A DNA stretch of 64,000 nucleotides from Zancudomyces culisetae HAW-14-8. Its lineage: Eukaryota; Fungi; Kickxellomycota. Each line of letters opens with the position of its first letter. Position 1 is the stretch's first letter. This document shows positions 22,901-35,306 of the stretch, one piece after another. The notes beneath the pieces were generated by a model. That model was not told where the DNA came from, did no database searches, and worked only from the letters and a program-made list of their open reading frames with translations. Where the stretch lies: assembly GCA_052426225.1 (NCBI GenBank), contig JBNJNM010000010.1:186001-250000 (forward strand), given 5' to 3'. The position numbers and the translations under genes are program-made.

Positions 22901-24640
22901 ATAGGCTGAATCTCTATCTTTCCAAACTCCTCCTTTTGGTTATTTAGTAACTTAAATGCACTTTTAACCCTTGATTTAGGAACCCTGAACGAACTCTTGT
23001 CCATACTAGTCCAAGTATGTCCCATGCCCTCACTTCCTCCCATTCCCATCCCCACTTCTTCTTCTTCTTCTTCTTCTTCGCCTTTATCCCTTCTCCCTTC
23101 CTCAACTCCATCCGAAAGCCTGCCCTCAAACTGCGTAAATGCTCGTGCTAGTGGTTCTTTTTGATATCCCATGATATCGTTGTCTATATACCCAGCCCCA
23201 ACTAGCTCCGACTGTAATGAACCACTAACCTGGCTGCCTCCGTTCCCCACCGACCTTCCACTAACCTCACTGTGTTTTATTGTCAATTTGTTGGTCTCTG
23301 CTACACTATCACTGTCGATTCCCTCACATTCTTGTTGCCGAGAAGATTGTGTTTGTGTTTGTGCTTGTGTTTGTTGCGTTTTTATCATTCCCTCCTTTTC
23401 TTCACCACACACATCATCTACTGGAATCTCCATCACTATTTCTGTATCCCTATTTGTTTCCTCCACTAAATGGTCTACCTCATTTTTATCTCTCCCAATA
23501 AACCGGTGTTTTTTGTTCAGTTCTTTCAAATAGTCTCTGAGTTCCTCCTCATTGAAGTATTGCGTAAACGCCCCATTGATCCGATCTAAATAACTCTTTT
23601 TTGGTCTACCATCCTCTGAATCACTCTCTCCTTCTTGCGTGTCATTTTTTCTATCGCTGAATTTGCCTTCGTTTGTATCTTCTTCGTTTCCGAAAAATCG
23701 CAACCCTCCTCCTCCCACCAACTGTTCCTTATCCATTGCTTGCGACCTTCCAAGTCCTTCTTTGATTTCTTCCAGATTCTGCCGACTGTCGTCTTTGTCT
23801 CTCCGGTATTTCTTTCTTATACTGATCCGCTTACTAACATAGCTATTTTCTCGCATTGCATTCCTGCTATCTATTGGTCTATATGTAGTAAATCCCTGTT
23901 CCTGCCTCTTGTTCTCCACGCGCTCTTCTCCCCTCTCTTCCTTTTGCATCCCCCCTCCAACAAGTATCGTCTCCTCGTTTTCCTGATTTCTTTGACCACT
24001 TTCACCATATTTCTCCCCCTCTTCACCCTTGCTTGCCTTTTCATCTTCCTCCTGTAGCTCTATATTTTCTTCTACATCTCGTCCATCTTTATTATCTATA
24101 TTGCTTTCTATGTCTGTATCTGATTCTCCCCCACCTTCTCCGTTATTCTGCTCTATTTCAAGTATTCGAACATTTTTCTTTCTATTTTCGTTTTCATACT
24201 CTCGATTCTCGGTAACTTCATATTCTCCATCCTTGTTTTTTCTAATCTATTTTTTTTCCATTAATTTAGTTTTTGTTTTATTCTACATCAGTTCCTTTCT
24301 TTCTATTCACTTTAAATACTTGGTTTTTTCACTACTTGTAAACCCACCATAATATAAAAAAGTTTATATTGATATTTATGGTTATTTACCTGTACAATGA
24401 CCTTTGTCACTTTTCCCGGTTTTTCGCCTCCTTCCAAATCACCAGTTATTATAATGTCATATTTGTACGATAACTTTCCACCTTCACTCTCGTTCTATAG
24501 TTTAAAAACGTTGATTAGTGTATTCCTACACCTCACTCTCTTTGTGACGATTCGCTTCGAATACACCAAATGCGACTCTTCCCCCCCACCCGCTCCTGTT
24601 CATTAAAGCTATATTCTCTTACCTGTCTTTCTGTTCCCAT
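19987..24640 (-). CDS. Large LIM-domain (paxillin/Pxl1-like) protein; model join(complement 24623..24640, 24390..24494, 19987..24247); 5' end uncertain
   Basis: Two LIM domains: CVIC...HQACLTCKAC...CEHH (~21381-21530) and CSGC...HPACFKCSLC...CIHH (~20760-20937). The frame stays open upstream of ATG 23949 to a TAG at 24248-24250. Phase-0 introns 24389-24248 (GTAAAT..TAG) and 24622-24495 (GTAAGA..ACTAAT..TAG) join in frame. Confidence 0.75.
21782..21858 (-). repeat. Poly-glutamine (CAA/CAG) tract in the LIM protein
   Basis: QQQQQQQQQQQQQQRYQQHQQHQQQP. Confidence 0.9.
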
Positions 24641-27600
24641 TCCTTGTTGTACTCCTTTGATTATCTATATTTCAAAATTTCATTTATTGTCAATTGTTTT
24701 TCTTCCTTTTTGTTTAAATGATTCCTTTTACTACCTTTACACGAAATGAAGTGCAATAAAAAAAAATGATATACCAGTTACACTGTCAATGGTATATGTA
24801 TGTTTTTGCACAATTATATCAATCTTACTTTATGATTTAATATGCTACTCCCATATTCATAACTATTCCTGTAATTTTCTATACCCCTTTTGTATATCAA
24901 TTTCCTATCACCAACCACCAATTACGATGCCGTATCGATACGCTAGAGTGTAGGTAATTTTTTCCTGATGCTTTAAGGAATGTGTTTTCTGATTTCAAGT
25001 TTTAAAGCCGCCGAAAGATATTGTTATTATTGCTGTTATCCAGTCTGAACGCACAGTTCCTTTTCTTTACTTTCCTAGTAGTTTGAAAATTTTTTCTTTG
25101 ATACTTTAATATTCTAACTATGTGTTTTTAATATTCTTTTTCTATTTCAAAAAACCTTATTTTCTGGGTTTTAATATCACAAAATACTACTTGTGCTATT
25201 TTACTTTGTCGTTTTTTTTTCCTAGATAATTAATCGCGTTTACTTTTAAAAATAAATAAATCAATAAGAAACGTTTACTAATAATTATATAATTTCATTA
25301 ATTTTTTACAAAATGCCTTTTTTCTTTTTCCTTTTTCCTTTTTCTTCCTTATTTACTTTACTCCTCTTTTTTTATATTTATCCGTTGCGCCTTATAAAAC
25401 TCGAGTAAATGATTAAGAAAAAACACCATTGCGTGATAGTTGCCAATCATCTCCCTTGTACACGATTTATCACAACTAGCAATTTTTATTTATTTTACTA
25501 GCATTCTATTCAAAACATGGTAAATATTATTACTTTACTATTTGTAAATTAAAACAAAAAACATTTTATTGTAAATATCTTTTTATATTTTTATTTTCAC
25601 CATAATAGAAAAAGCGTGTAAAATCAATATTCTCAAACTACATTAATCACTAATTACCACATAGCTTTTGTATTACCACTTCTTCCCCTTTTGGTATGAA
25701 CCCTGGTTTGCTCGTATATTTATTTTTCCCATGATTTTGCTTATTGGGCTCAATTACTGTTTCTCTGGATGATTAATTTTTGAATTGATTAGACCAATTT
25801 AGTTAGAATGTTGATGCTTTATTCCTCCCCCACCACTTCCTTTCCCTCCACTTCCCCCTCAAACTTGTAAGCTCTACATCAAATTAAACATAACACTAGT
25901 TGCGTCGCTTTACACCTCCTCTCCCTGAGTATTTTGATATCTTATCAGTATTTATCACCAGAGTAACACTACCCATAGTCTTACTCATGCTTTGGTCTTC
26001 TTCTTTCCTCTCATTTTCATACCACCCCTCTAATCTCCTTTTAATCATTTCCCTTCTATTCTCAACTATTTTGATTATCTCCTTCAAGTTGTCATCATTA
26101 CTGCTTGTATTGGAATTACTACGAAAAAAAAATATAAACTCCAATTTTTACAAGACCAACAGGCATATCCAACCCAATGCACCCTAAATTGCTTGAAAAA
26201 TACAAAATCTAGGACATTTTTCTCCAACCATTTTTTGGCTAAAGCTTTACGTTTATCCGTTTAACTATTTTTACCGCTTTATTCCCTTGATTCTCAATTC
26301 TGTCGAGTTTTGTTTACTACAAAAGTCTAACCTTCTTTTTGATCTTCATGCTGAAACCTGTTTAACCACATCAATAAAGAAAGAGGGGGTGAAAATGTAA
26401 ATAAAATATACCAATTGATAAAAGATACATTCCCAACACTTCCCCCGTTTATCCATAAATCTACCAATTTCGCCTGAAAAGTTGGTTTGGGACTGTTATC
26501 ATCTGATTTTTTTTTATTGTCATGGATTTCAACAAAATTTTTGGAAATGTTTTTTGGTTTTGATTCGTGTTTTGGTGTTGGTGTTATTGTTGGTGTTGGT
26601 TGTGGAATTTTCGTGAAATCAATGGATTAATTTGGTAGAATTAAATGTTTATTTACCAGAGATTATTCATTCAGAGCAAAACGTAATTTATTATTAATTA
26701 GTACTAATTCGTATATAATAATTATCATGGATCAAGAAATCATATTCCCTTAAAATAAGGTCGAATAATAACCACCTTTTGTTTTTGCTTTTGTTTATGT
26801 TCTATGTTTTGTTTTATTTCATGTCAGGGTTTAGAATGGTATTCATAAAGTGTACTAAACAGTAAATACACAAGTTTGAAAAACTAGTATTCCCCTGCCC
26901 TTTCCTCATTTTCCTCATCATCCTCGTTCCTACAACCTGCGAATGCAAAAAAAAATTTTTTTTATACAACTATTATTATATTTTGAAAATATCCCATGTG
27001 TACTTTATTTTAAAAGGAGAATTCCATGTAGTCTCAATTAAATTATTCTTCCGATTTCTTGTGCTCAGCTCTTGCAGTTTCAGACAATAAAAAAAAACAC
27101 AGTTTATAACCTGAAAGACCAATCTACAACACTAACAAACCTGTAAAGCGTTGATAATATTGTACAACGACGTACCGGTTTTTGGTCGAATTTACTGTAC
27201 AGTTTGAGTATCGTCCGTTTTTTTGTTGTTTTTTTGTTGTTGTTTTGTTATTTTGTTCTTTTTTTGTTTTGAAGTATTCTTCACCTCTTCTATTAGCAAA
27301 TCTTTATCAACTCTCATTCCCAGGGATCAATTTTTCAGTAATATCCATTGTTTACTAAAAAATAAAATATAGAACTGGTTTAACAAATTGTGGATAAATA
27401 GTTCCAAATATACGAATGTGTGTAAACCTGTATTGTCAGTATTTTTTTTTTTGCTGGAAATGTCCATGCATTCAACCCATTTCAGCATTAATAATGATAC
27501 AATTGCTCTAGCTAAGCTCGTGCTTCCTAATTTATCGGGGTTTCCCCTAGTTTCGAATCCAACGCAAACCAACGCGTACTGGTGAGGGGAAAAAGGGGAT

Positions 27601-28868
27601 AACACGCAATTGAATGGTATTATTTTTCTTGCAATTTTGTTCACACACATTAATTATTCTTTAATAATTGCCAATTATGGCGTAAATTGTGTTTGAGGAC
27701 AGGGAGAAACAAGAGTCAACAACAATATTCAACAAATCGATTTTTTGCTACTTTTTTATTTTCAAGGACAGAATTGTACTGATACTTTAACAGCTCTTTT
27801 TCATCTCTTATTTGTCCCGCATTTGTAATAATATAATTGAGGAATATAAATATGGATTGAGAATGTTCCAAGGTCCCCGTTCAAGCACTAAACAAGAAAA
27901 ATCGATAACACTCACGATTACCAATATCCCACTCTACGAACATTTTTTGTAATGTATAAAAGCTTTAATTCCAAACGTTTTTCTTGTACTTTTCTGATAA
28001 ATTAAACTACCACAAAGTGTATCTGTATAATTCCATGCAGACATACCTTTTTTTTATTCCTTTTTTATTTTAATGTTGTAAGAAGGCGGTGGCGGTTGAG
28101 AAGAGAGGAAAAAGATACTCAACCATATATCCCCAGCTAATTAAAGTTGTAAATCATTAAAGTTTCGAGTAACAAATTTGTTGATTGTGGAGTGTTTAGG
28201 CCTACTAGCTAAATCGGTAATTAAAAGTTAGTGTTTCATTTCAGGGTATCATTTATTTTGTTATCCTGTAAATCAATCATGAAAATCAAAAAAAAATAGC
28301 CCTACCCCTCCTCTTCCCACACCAACAATACAAAATAGTTGATAAGGGACTTGTACCATTATTCAAGTCACACTTGTTAAGCTGGTTTAACCTACCACAA
28401 GTGTACTTTTAAAGTATCTACTAGGCACGCAAAGAAATTGTACTGAGCTGCCTTACCTACACAATAGCAAAGCCATCAGTCTTGTAAGATGACCAGTGTC
28501 CACACACTCTCTCTTCTTCTCACTTTCCACTTCCGCTTTTTCCCTTCTTTCGGCTATTCTGCCATAATACTTTTCAAAAAATACATTGTCCTTTAGAATG
28601 GAACATTTTTAGATTAATCTGTACCACAGTTTCTTTGTTTCGTGTTGGTGTTGTATAAAGATAAACAAATACAGCCAATAAACCGAATAATGTTCATATT
28701 TTTCGATCTGCCAATATCCAATTAACGTAGAGCCTCTATTAAAAACAAAGCAATCCATTAGCCTATTACAAACAAAAAAGAATATTACAAAAATAAATGC
28801 GTACCAATACCGCTGCCTAACAATCACAGCTAAATAATTTAGTTAGTATCATAAGTTTAACAACATGA

Positions 28869-30096
28869 ATGCTTCTTTTATGTGTAATGACAATGTTTAG
28901 CCAAAATTTGAAAAAGAATCGACTCGAAAAGTTGCACATAAAAAAACTGAATGACCAGCTGAGCACGCAAAACACACAGAGCTTCTTGCCCGAACACACG
29001 AAAGAAGTGTTGGAGTGTCGCAATCCAGAGCTTGAACCATATAGCAATTTTCGGTTACAGTAACTACTTTTATTCTACATTCTAATCTTAATTTAGTGTC
29101 ATACCTCGTACTATATGGATTGCTAAGTAAACGTCTTTTTTAAAATGGTACTTTTATTATTTGTACCCAAATCAATAGAACGCGTATACCCTCATTAGCT
29201 TTGGTTAATGAATGGATGCAAAAATACCAGTGCTATAGTATTCACAAAATCAAACAGTTTTCTCAGGAAAAGACTTTGGAAAAAATGTTGAAAATACCTT
29301 GGTCGACTTTTCTAGTAATTTTGGAACCACCTGTTCAAGCTCAGAGCGCGAATAACAATAAGTATTTCTACCTACTTGCGACTGATTTACTAGGAAATAC
29401 CATCAAGGTGGTATTTTATTCGGAAATAGTAGCCAACAAAGATAAATATCTACCGGGGTATGTAATATCCGTAAAATACCCCAAGTTTTCTCTGAGTAAA
29501 GGCGTAAGCAGTTATATTCACTTTTTTTTTTACAGTCCCTTTGTAAATTATCACAAACAGTGTAATAGTGTCTAATATATATATATTGCGTGGATGGGGA
29601 TGGGGATGGGGATATAAATAATAACTCATAGGAAACAAGTTACGCTTCATTGGTCGTGAAAACTCAACATCACCTTCTGGTAATAGGGAAATCCAAAGAC
29701 GCAGTCCATTGTAATTTTAAGGATAAAAACGGAGTTTGCTGTAAAATGCTTGTAGACTCGTATGTTAATTATCTCGTGCTTTGAAATATTCACTGGCTAC
29801 TATGGAATAATACCCCCAAATTCCTTTCTTATTAGCTTTATTTTGCCATTGTAAACGCCAAGCAGATAATATAACCTTCACCATCAATTACATATATAAT
29901 TAGTCGACAAACAGCAACATGTGATTATCACATCGCAGTTGGATTCAGAAAAGCCAAATTAAAACGAGCTATATTCTATGATAGGTACGTTTATTTTTTT
30001 TGTGCTCACAAGATATCTTTACTGATGGTTATACTCAAATCGAAAAATAGCACTACAACAGTACTGAATCCCGAGAAAAAAAAACATAAGGCCTAA
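28869..30096 (+). CDS. MCM10: MCM10 replication factor (OB-fold plus CCCH zinc finger); join(28869..29059,29179..29503,29632..29759,29904..29984,30051..30096); termini uncertain
   Basis: Spliced product reads EPYSNFRLQTRIPSLALVNEWM...WSTFLVILE...NNNKYFYLLATDL...KVVFYSE...PGYVISVKYPK...LLVIGKSKDAVHCNFKDKNGVCCKMLVDSRQTATCDYHIAVGFRKAKLKRA. This matches the MCM10 internal-domain layout; four phase-consistent GT-TAG introns. Confidence 0.82.
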
Positions 30097-30516
30097 CAGC
30101 TCGAACAAGCTAATCGCTGGACACTTCAGTATGGCTCGCCATGTGTAATCAATCTCATATTTACACGACCATATTTTTCTCAAGCCTCGTTTCGTCAATA
30201 CATATATGTTTCCAATGGTCTGGCGGGCTATTAAACCTCAAAAAAGCGAATCAAACAACTAGACGGATTTTTAAACGTGCGCAATATCTAGTGGTGTTCA
30301 GCTAAAACATAATCAAACTTAGTTAAAAAAAACAAACTCATGCTGAGTGTAAATCATAATTCTTACTCAAACATAGCCTAATGTCAAGAAAAGGATGCGT
30401 TTTATATGCTGTTTCTCGCTCATTCCCACCTGTTTATGTTACCCCTTTTATACAAATAGCTACAAATTTATCTTTTTTCGCAGGAAGGAATCCAGTAAGA
30501 TCAAAAAACTTAGTGC

Positions 30517-31830
30517 TCATGTTGTCCATGGAACATCGGCTGTGGAGTATGGCTTGAAATCTAATTCAAACGGTAATGGTATTTCTGATAACGCTTCAAA
30601 CTTAACAAAGTCCTCGGCTAAATATGGCTTGTTCTCGATATATGTTACAGGCAACAGCGCGCCAATTTCTGTATTTCCAATTTCAAACTGACTCAGACTA
30701 CCACGAGTTGATTTGCCCCATGCAGCCTTAGACATATTGTGGCTGCCCAAATACAACCACCCCTTGTTCTGGCCCTTAAATCGACAAAAAAGCAACTTGC
30801 AGTGTGAAAGCGCACCTTTACTAGTAGCCTTGTAGCTGTATAGGATTTTTTTGGGAAAGTTTCTATTTAAATACGCATGTTTACTAAAAAACAATGAACA
30901 CACACTTTCTTCTCCAAGCAAAGAGTCTGAAACCATATTTGTGGTTGGGTATAAGATTTTGAAAGCAAACCCGGAAAACAATTTGCTACACAGTTCCATG
31001 TACCATTCGTTGTCAATGAAGCCTACCGAAGAGCAGTGCGTGAACGCGTATTCAACCTCCCCACTAAAGTTTTTTTCACTCAAGGCCTTTGACAAACCTA
31101 AATAACCATACTTGGCTTCATTTATTGGAAATTTTCCGGGAATAGAAGCTAAAGCACGATATTTTGCTGTACTGAAATCAATCTTTTCAATTGCCTCAAG
31201 GACCTGTTCTGGGACTTTTATCGCCTCGAAAAACTGAATGATATCGCATCCAAATTCACTGACATCCTTTTTCTCCGTTTTTTCAGTTAAAAGAGGAAAA
31301 TCTTGAACAAACAATATATTTTGCATAACTTCCCAGTCAAGCGCTATCAAGTTTGCAGAACTAATAACTATTCTTACAAACGTTTCAAACCACAGCACCA
31401 TGATCTTGGGATGAAAAATACCAAATCGACTTTTGGTTTGTGGGGGCGCAACTATTACTGTGTTTTCATCGAGCCTTTTGACTTCGACCTTGTAATCCTT
31501 GTCTTTTTCGAAATTTATCACAAGACATAGGTTGACATTATTTCCGAGTTTTCCTCTGAGCCACTCGTAGTCTAAAACAAATGTTGTCATTACCGCTTTC
31601 TTGATTTTTTCGCTTCCATGTCCGACAACAAGCTCTTCAAAGCTTACGCTGTTTTCTAGTGCTGTAAATGGTCCAAGCTTCACCAAAAAGACTCTGCCCT
31701 TGGAATATGACAGCCTTTTCCTACTCGTATCTTTTATCCGCTGATTATCTTGCCCGCACAAGTTTTGGCGTTTTTGACTGCCTTCTTCATCCGAATCTAT
31801 AATAGTGATTATTTCCCGTTTTCTTGACAT
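30517..31830 (-). CDS. TDP1: Tyrosyl-DNA phosphodiesterase 1
   Basis: Two HxK motifs of the PLD superfamily (FGIFHPKIM...SSANL; LSHCKLL...GSHNMSKAAWG), NTEIGALLP, and C-terminal LPF...PW. Confidence 0.92.
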   Translation of the reverse strand: MSRKREIITIIDSDEEGSQKRQNLCGQDNQRIKDTSRKRLSYSKGRVFLVKLGPFTALENSVSFEELVVGHGSEKIKKAVMTTFVLDYEWLRGKLGNNVNLCLVINFEKDKDYKVEVKRLDENTVIVAPPQTKSRFGIFHPKIMVLWFETFVRIVISSANLIALDWEVMQNILFVQDFPLLTEKTEKKDVSEFGCDIIQFFEAIKVPEQVLEAIEKIDFSTAKYRALASIPGKFPINEAKYGYLGLSKALSEKNFSGEVEYAFTHCSSVGFIDNEWYMELCSKLFSGFAFKILYPTTNMVSDSLLGEESVCSLFFSKHAYLNRNFPKKILYSYKATSKGALSHCKLLFCRFKGQNKGWLYLGSHNMSKAAWGKSTRGSLSQFEIGNTEIGALLPVTYIENKPYLAEDFVKFEALSEIPLPFELDFKPYSTADVPWTT

Positions 31831-32453
31831 GTGTCTCTTCTGAGCTTTGTTTTCTTTATCTTTTATTGCAGTTTTCTCGAGTTTTTTTTTTGCTGATTCT
31901 CATGAATATTCCATCTATCCTGTATGTTAACTATTCAACCAAAAGAATAAATTAAAGTACACCCTTTTTTACCCTAGATATATACATCAATGTATGAATT
32001 ACAACAATTGGAATATGTGCGCGTTTTTTATATATGTACATTCGTTATGATTTCTTTTTGCTATATTGAAGTATCTCACGAGTTTTTGATCAATATTGTA
32101 TTACAATTTGTGCAGCTTCTACAACGCATTGGTTCCTTTTTCATCATAATCTCAAAACCCTTGCCTTTCCCCCAAATGTTAGATTTTGCAATCTAAAATG
32201 CAACCCCGTCGAATCAGTATAGAGGAACGAAAGAATAAACCATTGCATCTTATTTGCCCTCTCTATTTACATTCATAAATTTTGGTTTGCAATAAAAAGA
32301 AAATTTTGTTTTTGACTTGTACCACAAGCTGACAACCGATACTTTTATTACACTGAAACAAAAGATAATCTATGATTGTTTATTACTCGACATAAATTAC
32401 GACTGAAAAGGATACCCATTTAACTTTTGGTTTTGGTGATACTGTAATGCATC

Positions 32454-34200
32454 ATGGCTTTTGACAACGATAACATACAACACGAGCAGTCCTCTACAAA
32501 AAAAATACGCTTAGACCCTGAGGTTGCTAGGGATGAAAACAAAATTCCTACAGAACATTCTACTCCAGTAGAAGCAGTCCAAGAGCAGACAGTGGAGCCC
32601 ATTCAATCAGAAGAAAAACGTGTAAAAGATAAAGCTGTTTTGGAGTGCGTAAACGAAAATATATTTGAACACATGTTTTTGAGAAGAATTGTGAGAGAGA
32701 ATCACGGTGTTTCTATTCTTAAGACACAGTTTAATTTCGTTAAGCTCTCAAAAGCGTGTGCGGAAACATCTAACAATGTACAAGCTCTTGGCGAGTCACC
32801 AGATATGGCGGAGGTGATAGAAAGTGAAAGTGATCCTACTTGCGAAATGGATTCTGATAGTGCTATGGATACTGATATCGATGTGAAGGCTAAAGATGAA
32901 AGCAGGGTGGTAGAGCTGGATGCTGATGAACGGTACAGACATACGGCTGTGAAGAAAGATCCACATGATACTAGCAACATACTAATAACACTCTCCCCTA
33001 CACAAGCTAACATTTATGACAATGAACACTGTGGCGATCATTTGGATATAATGTCCAACTATCAGGTAGATTCTGGATTGGAAATTGTATGTGGTGGCTG
33101 GGTTTCTACAAGAAATGATGCAGTATTTGCTGTAGGTTTGGCTAATGGTCAGATCAGAATTGTAAGCTTGGCGTGGTCAAAAGAACTGAGCATAATCCAG
33201 GCGCACGAAGGTATAATATTGGTTATCAACTGACTACATGTTTTTCTTTGCGTTTATTATATTTTAAAATTACCTATGTACACTAAATAACTATCTTTGT
33301 TTACATTCTAACCTAGGACGTATATCTGATTTAATACAACATCCGACGATTGATGGCATAATCCTGACAATTTCTGAAGACAAAACTATGAAACTTTGGA
33401 GTGTTCATAATGAAAGTTACATTTCCTGTTATAAATATTGCGCCACTGCTGTGTGCTTTACTGAAGATGGAAGAAGTATTGTGACCGGTTCGAAAAGCGG
33501 TGAGATTTGTACGTGGCCTGTTATTGAACCTGAAGTTCTAGCTGGAATTTCTAAAAACAAAAATATCTTTGAACCTGTATTATTTGAGGCAGATTCATGT
33601 ACAAAAATCGTGCCCGGGAAAAAGCTCTACAATTCACTTATTGATTGTATCGCATGTTATAAAAACTATATCATTTTCAGGAATATTGGTGGACGAATAG
33701 AGGTATATGATAATTTAACAAGCAAGGTACGTCAACTATTTTTAAAATGTTTTTTTTTTTTTCCACTTATTTTTTATCTCTTTCAAAACTATATTCTGCT
33801 TTATACACTGCTTTGACAGGGGGTGTGTACATTTGCATGCGTATGTATTTACCAGGCTCACAAAAGTTAAACCAATTAATGTTATACCTGGTTATTATAG
33901 ATTATAGGGTCTTTCAATGTACCTAACAATGAAGAAAACTCTTGTAACTTTGATGTATCATCGGATGGTAACTATATTTGCACGGGGAATGCAAGTGGCG
34001 CAATTTTTATCTTCAATGTCAACACGGGTAAAGTTATTAACAAGCTGCACCATAAGCGCTCCGTGAGGCCCATCACATGCTGCACATTTAGTAAAGACTC
34101 TAAAAGTATAATATATGGAAGTGATAGCTCTCTTCTGTGGAGATACGACTATATTGATGCCAAACGACGTATGAAATGGGAAAGCTTCATCAAAGCCTAG
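32454..34200 (+). CDS. WD40 protein, EED/ESC/FIE-like (alternatively LRWD1-like); join(32454..33210,33317..33726,33901..34200)
   Basis: RENHGVSILKTQFN; AVGLANGQIRIVSL...AHEGRISDLIQHPTIDGIILTISEDKTMKLWSV; C-terminal HKRSVRPITCCTFSKDSKSIIYGSDSSLLWRYD; phase-consistent introns GTATAA..TAG and GTACGT..TAG. Confidence 0.8.
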
Positions 34201-34577
34201 GATCTTTACACACACACATTCACACAATATATATATAAACATATTTGTTTGTTTTTTCCAGCAATGACAAGGAAAGTTAATCTTTTTATTTGCATTTGCT
34301 ACCAATGTTACTGTATACCGAAATAAATGAAATTAAGGCCACTTTTAGCACCAAAAGCTACAAGTTCTCATTCTCAAACCTGCTAATTTTCCAACAACAC
34401 TAATTTTTTATTTGTGCAAAATTGGCGTTCATTTGAAGGTTGATAGGGGAGGAGAGGGATATATAATTTCAATCTCAATATTCAATTTTGGAAAAAAATA
34501 ATCGCTATTAACAGTTTTAGCTTAATTCGTTCTTAAAAAAAAGCATCGTTGACAGATAGAGCCAGTGAATCAAAAAG

Positions 34578-35306
34578 ATGACATCAAGAGCATATCCCAA
34601 AAGAGTTATCAACGCTTTTTGGTTGAGTACGGTGTTTTCCAAACATCTGACTCTATGCACCTACCGAGGATTGAGTACGGCGTTACGCACAACTAGTGTA
34701 TACAGAAATTTGAAACACACCCCCAAAAAAAACATAACTTTTTCGAGCCTAGCTCTCGCTCGCGGATTTAAGACATACAATGCGCAACCTGTGAACTTAA
34801 AAAATGAAGAGATAACATCTCCTGAAGTTAGGGTAATTGGCGAGACAGGTGAGAATCTGGGAATTCTTCACACCAAAAAAGTTCTATTATCATTGGACAA
34901 GACGAAATCAATGCTTGTGCTTGTTGATGAAGGCACAAATCCACCTACTTGTAGAATCTTTAGCAAAGAACAGCTTAAAGAGAAAGAAAAAATAGCCAAA
35001 GCTACAGCAAAAGTGAAAACCAAAACCAAAACCAAAATGATTGAAATGAAATCAAATATAGGGCAGCATGATTTAGAGCTTAAATTAAAAAAAATAATTG
35101 AAATTTTGTCAGATGGCCATCGTGTCGACTTACGAATTTCGATTAGGAAAAAGGTTAATGGTAAAGAGGTACCTGACAACAGCAGTGCATACATGGATAG
35201 GATAATTAACTCTACAGAAACTATATGCTCGATTGTCAAACAACCCACTCTAGAAGGTAGCATGTATTCAGCCCTGCTACAAGGAAAGGCTAAGAAAACA
35301 CCTTAG
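34578..35306 (+). CDS. MTIF3: Mitochondrial translation initiation factor IF-3
   Basis: R/S/L-rich presequence; IF3-N motif NEEITSPEVRVIGETGENLG...PPTCRI; IF3-C motif KMIEMKSNIGQHDLELKLKK...GHRV. Confidence 0.88.
   Translation: MTSRAYPKRVINAFWLSTVFSKHLTLCTYRGLSTALRTTSVYRNLKHTPKKNITFSSLALARGFKTYNAQPVNLKNEEITSPEVRVIGETGENLGILHTKKVLLSLDKTKSMLVLVDEGTNPPTCRIFSKEQLKEKEKIAKATAKVKTKTKTKMIEMKSNIGQHDLELKLKKIIEILSDGHRVDLRISIRKKVNGKEVPDNSSAYMDRIINSTETICSIVKQPTLEGSMYSALLQGKAKKTP

Noticed and set aside
24248-24262. ATG GAA AAA AAA TAG looking like a premature stop or readthrough at the LIM gene start
   Set aside because: The TAG is better explained as a 3' splice acceptor in phase with the upstream CAG|GTAAAT donor.
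27530-27900. TTCGAATCC and GTTCAAG T-loop-like strings suggesting tRNA genes
   Set aside because: No T-stem, acceptor stem or A-box could be formed by eye; tRNAscan-SE would settle it.
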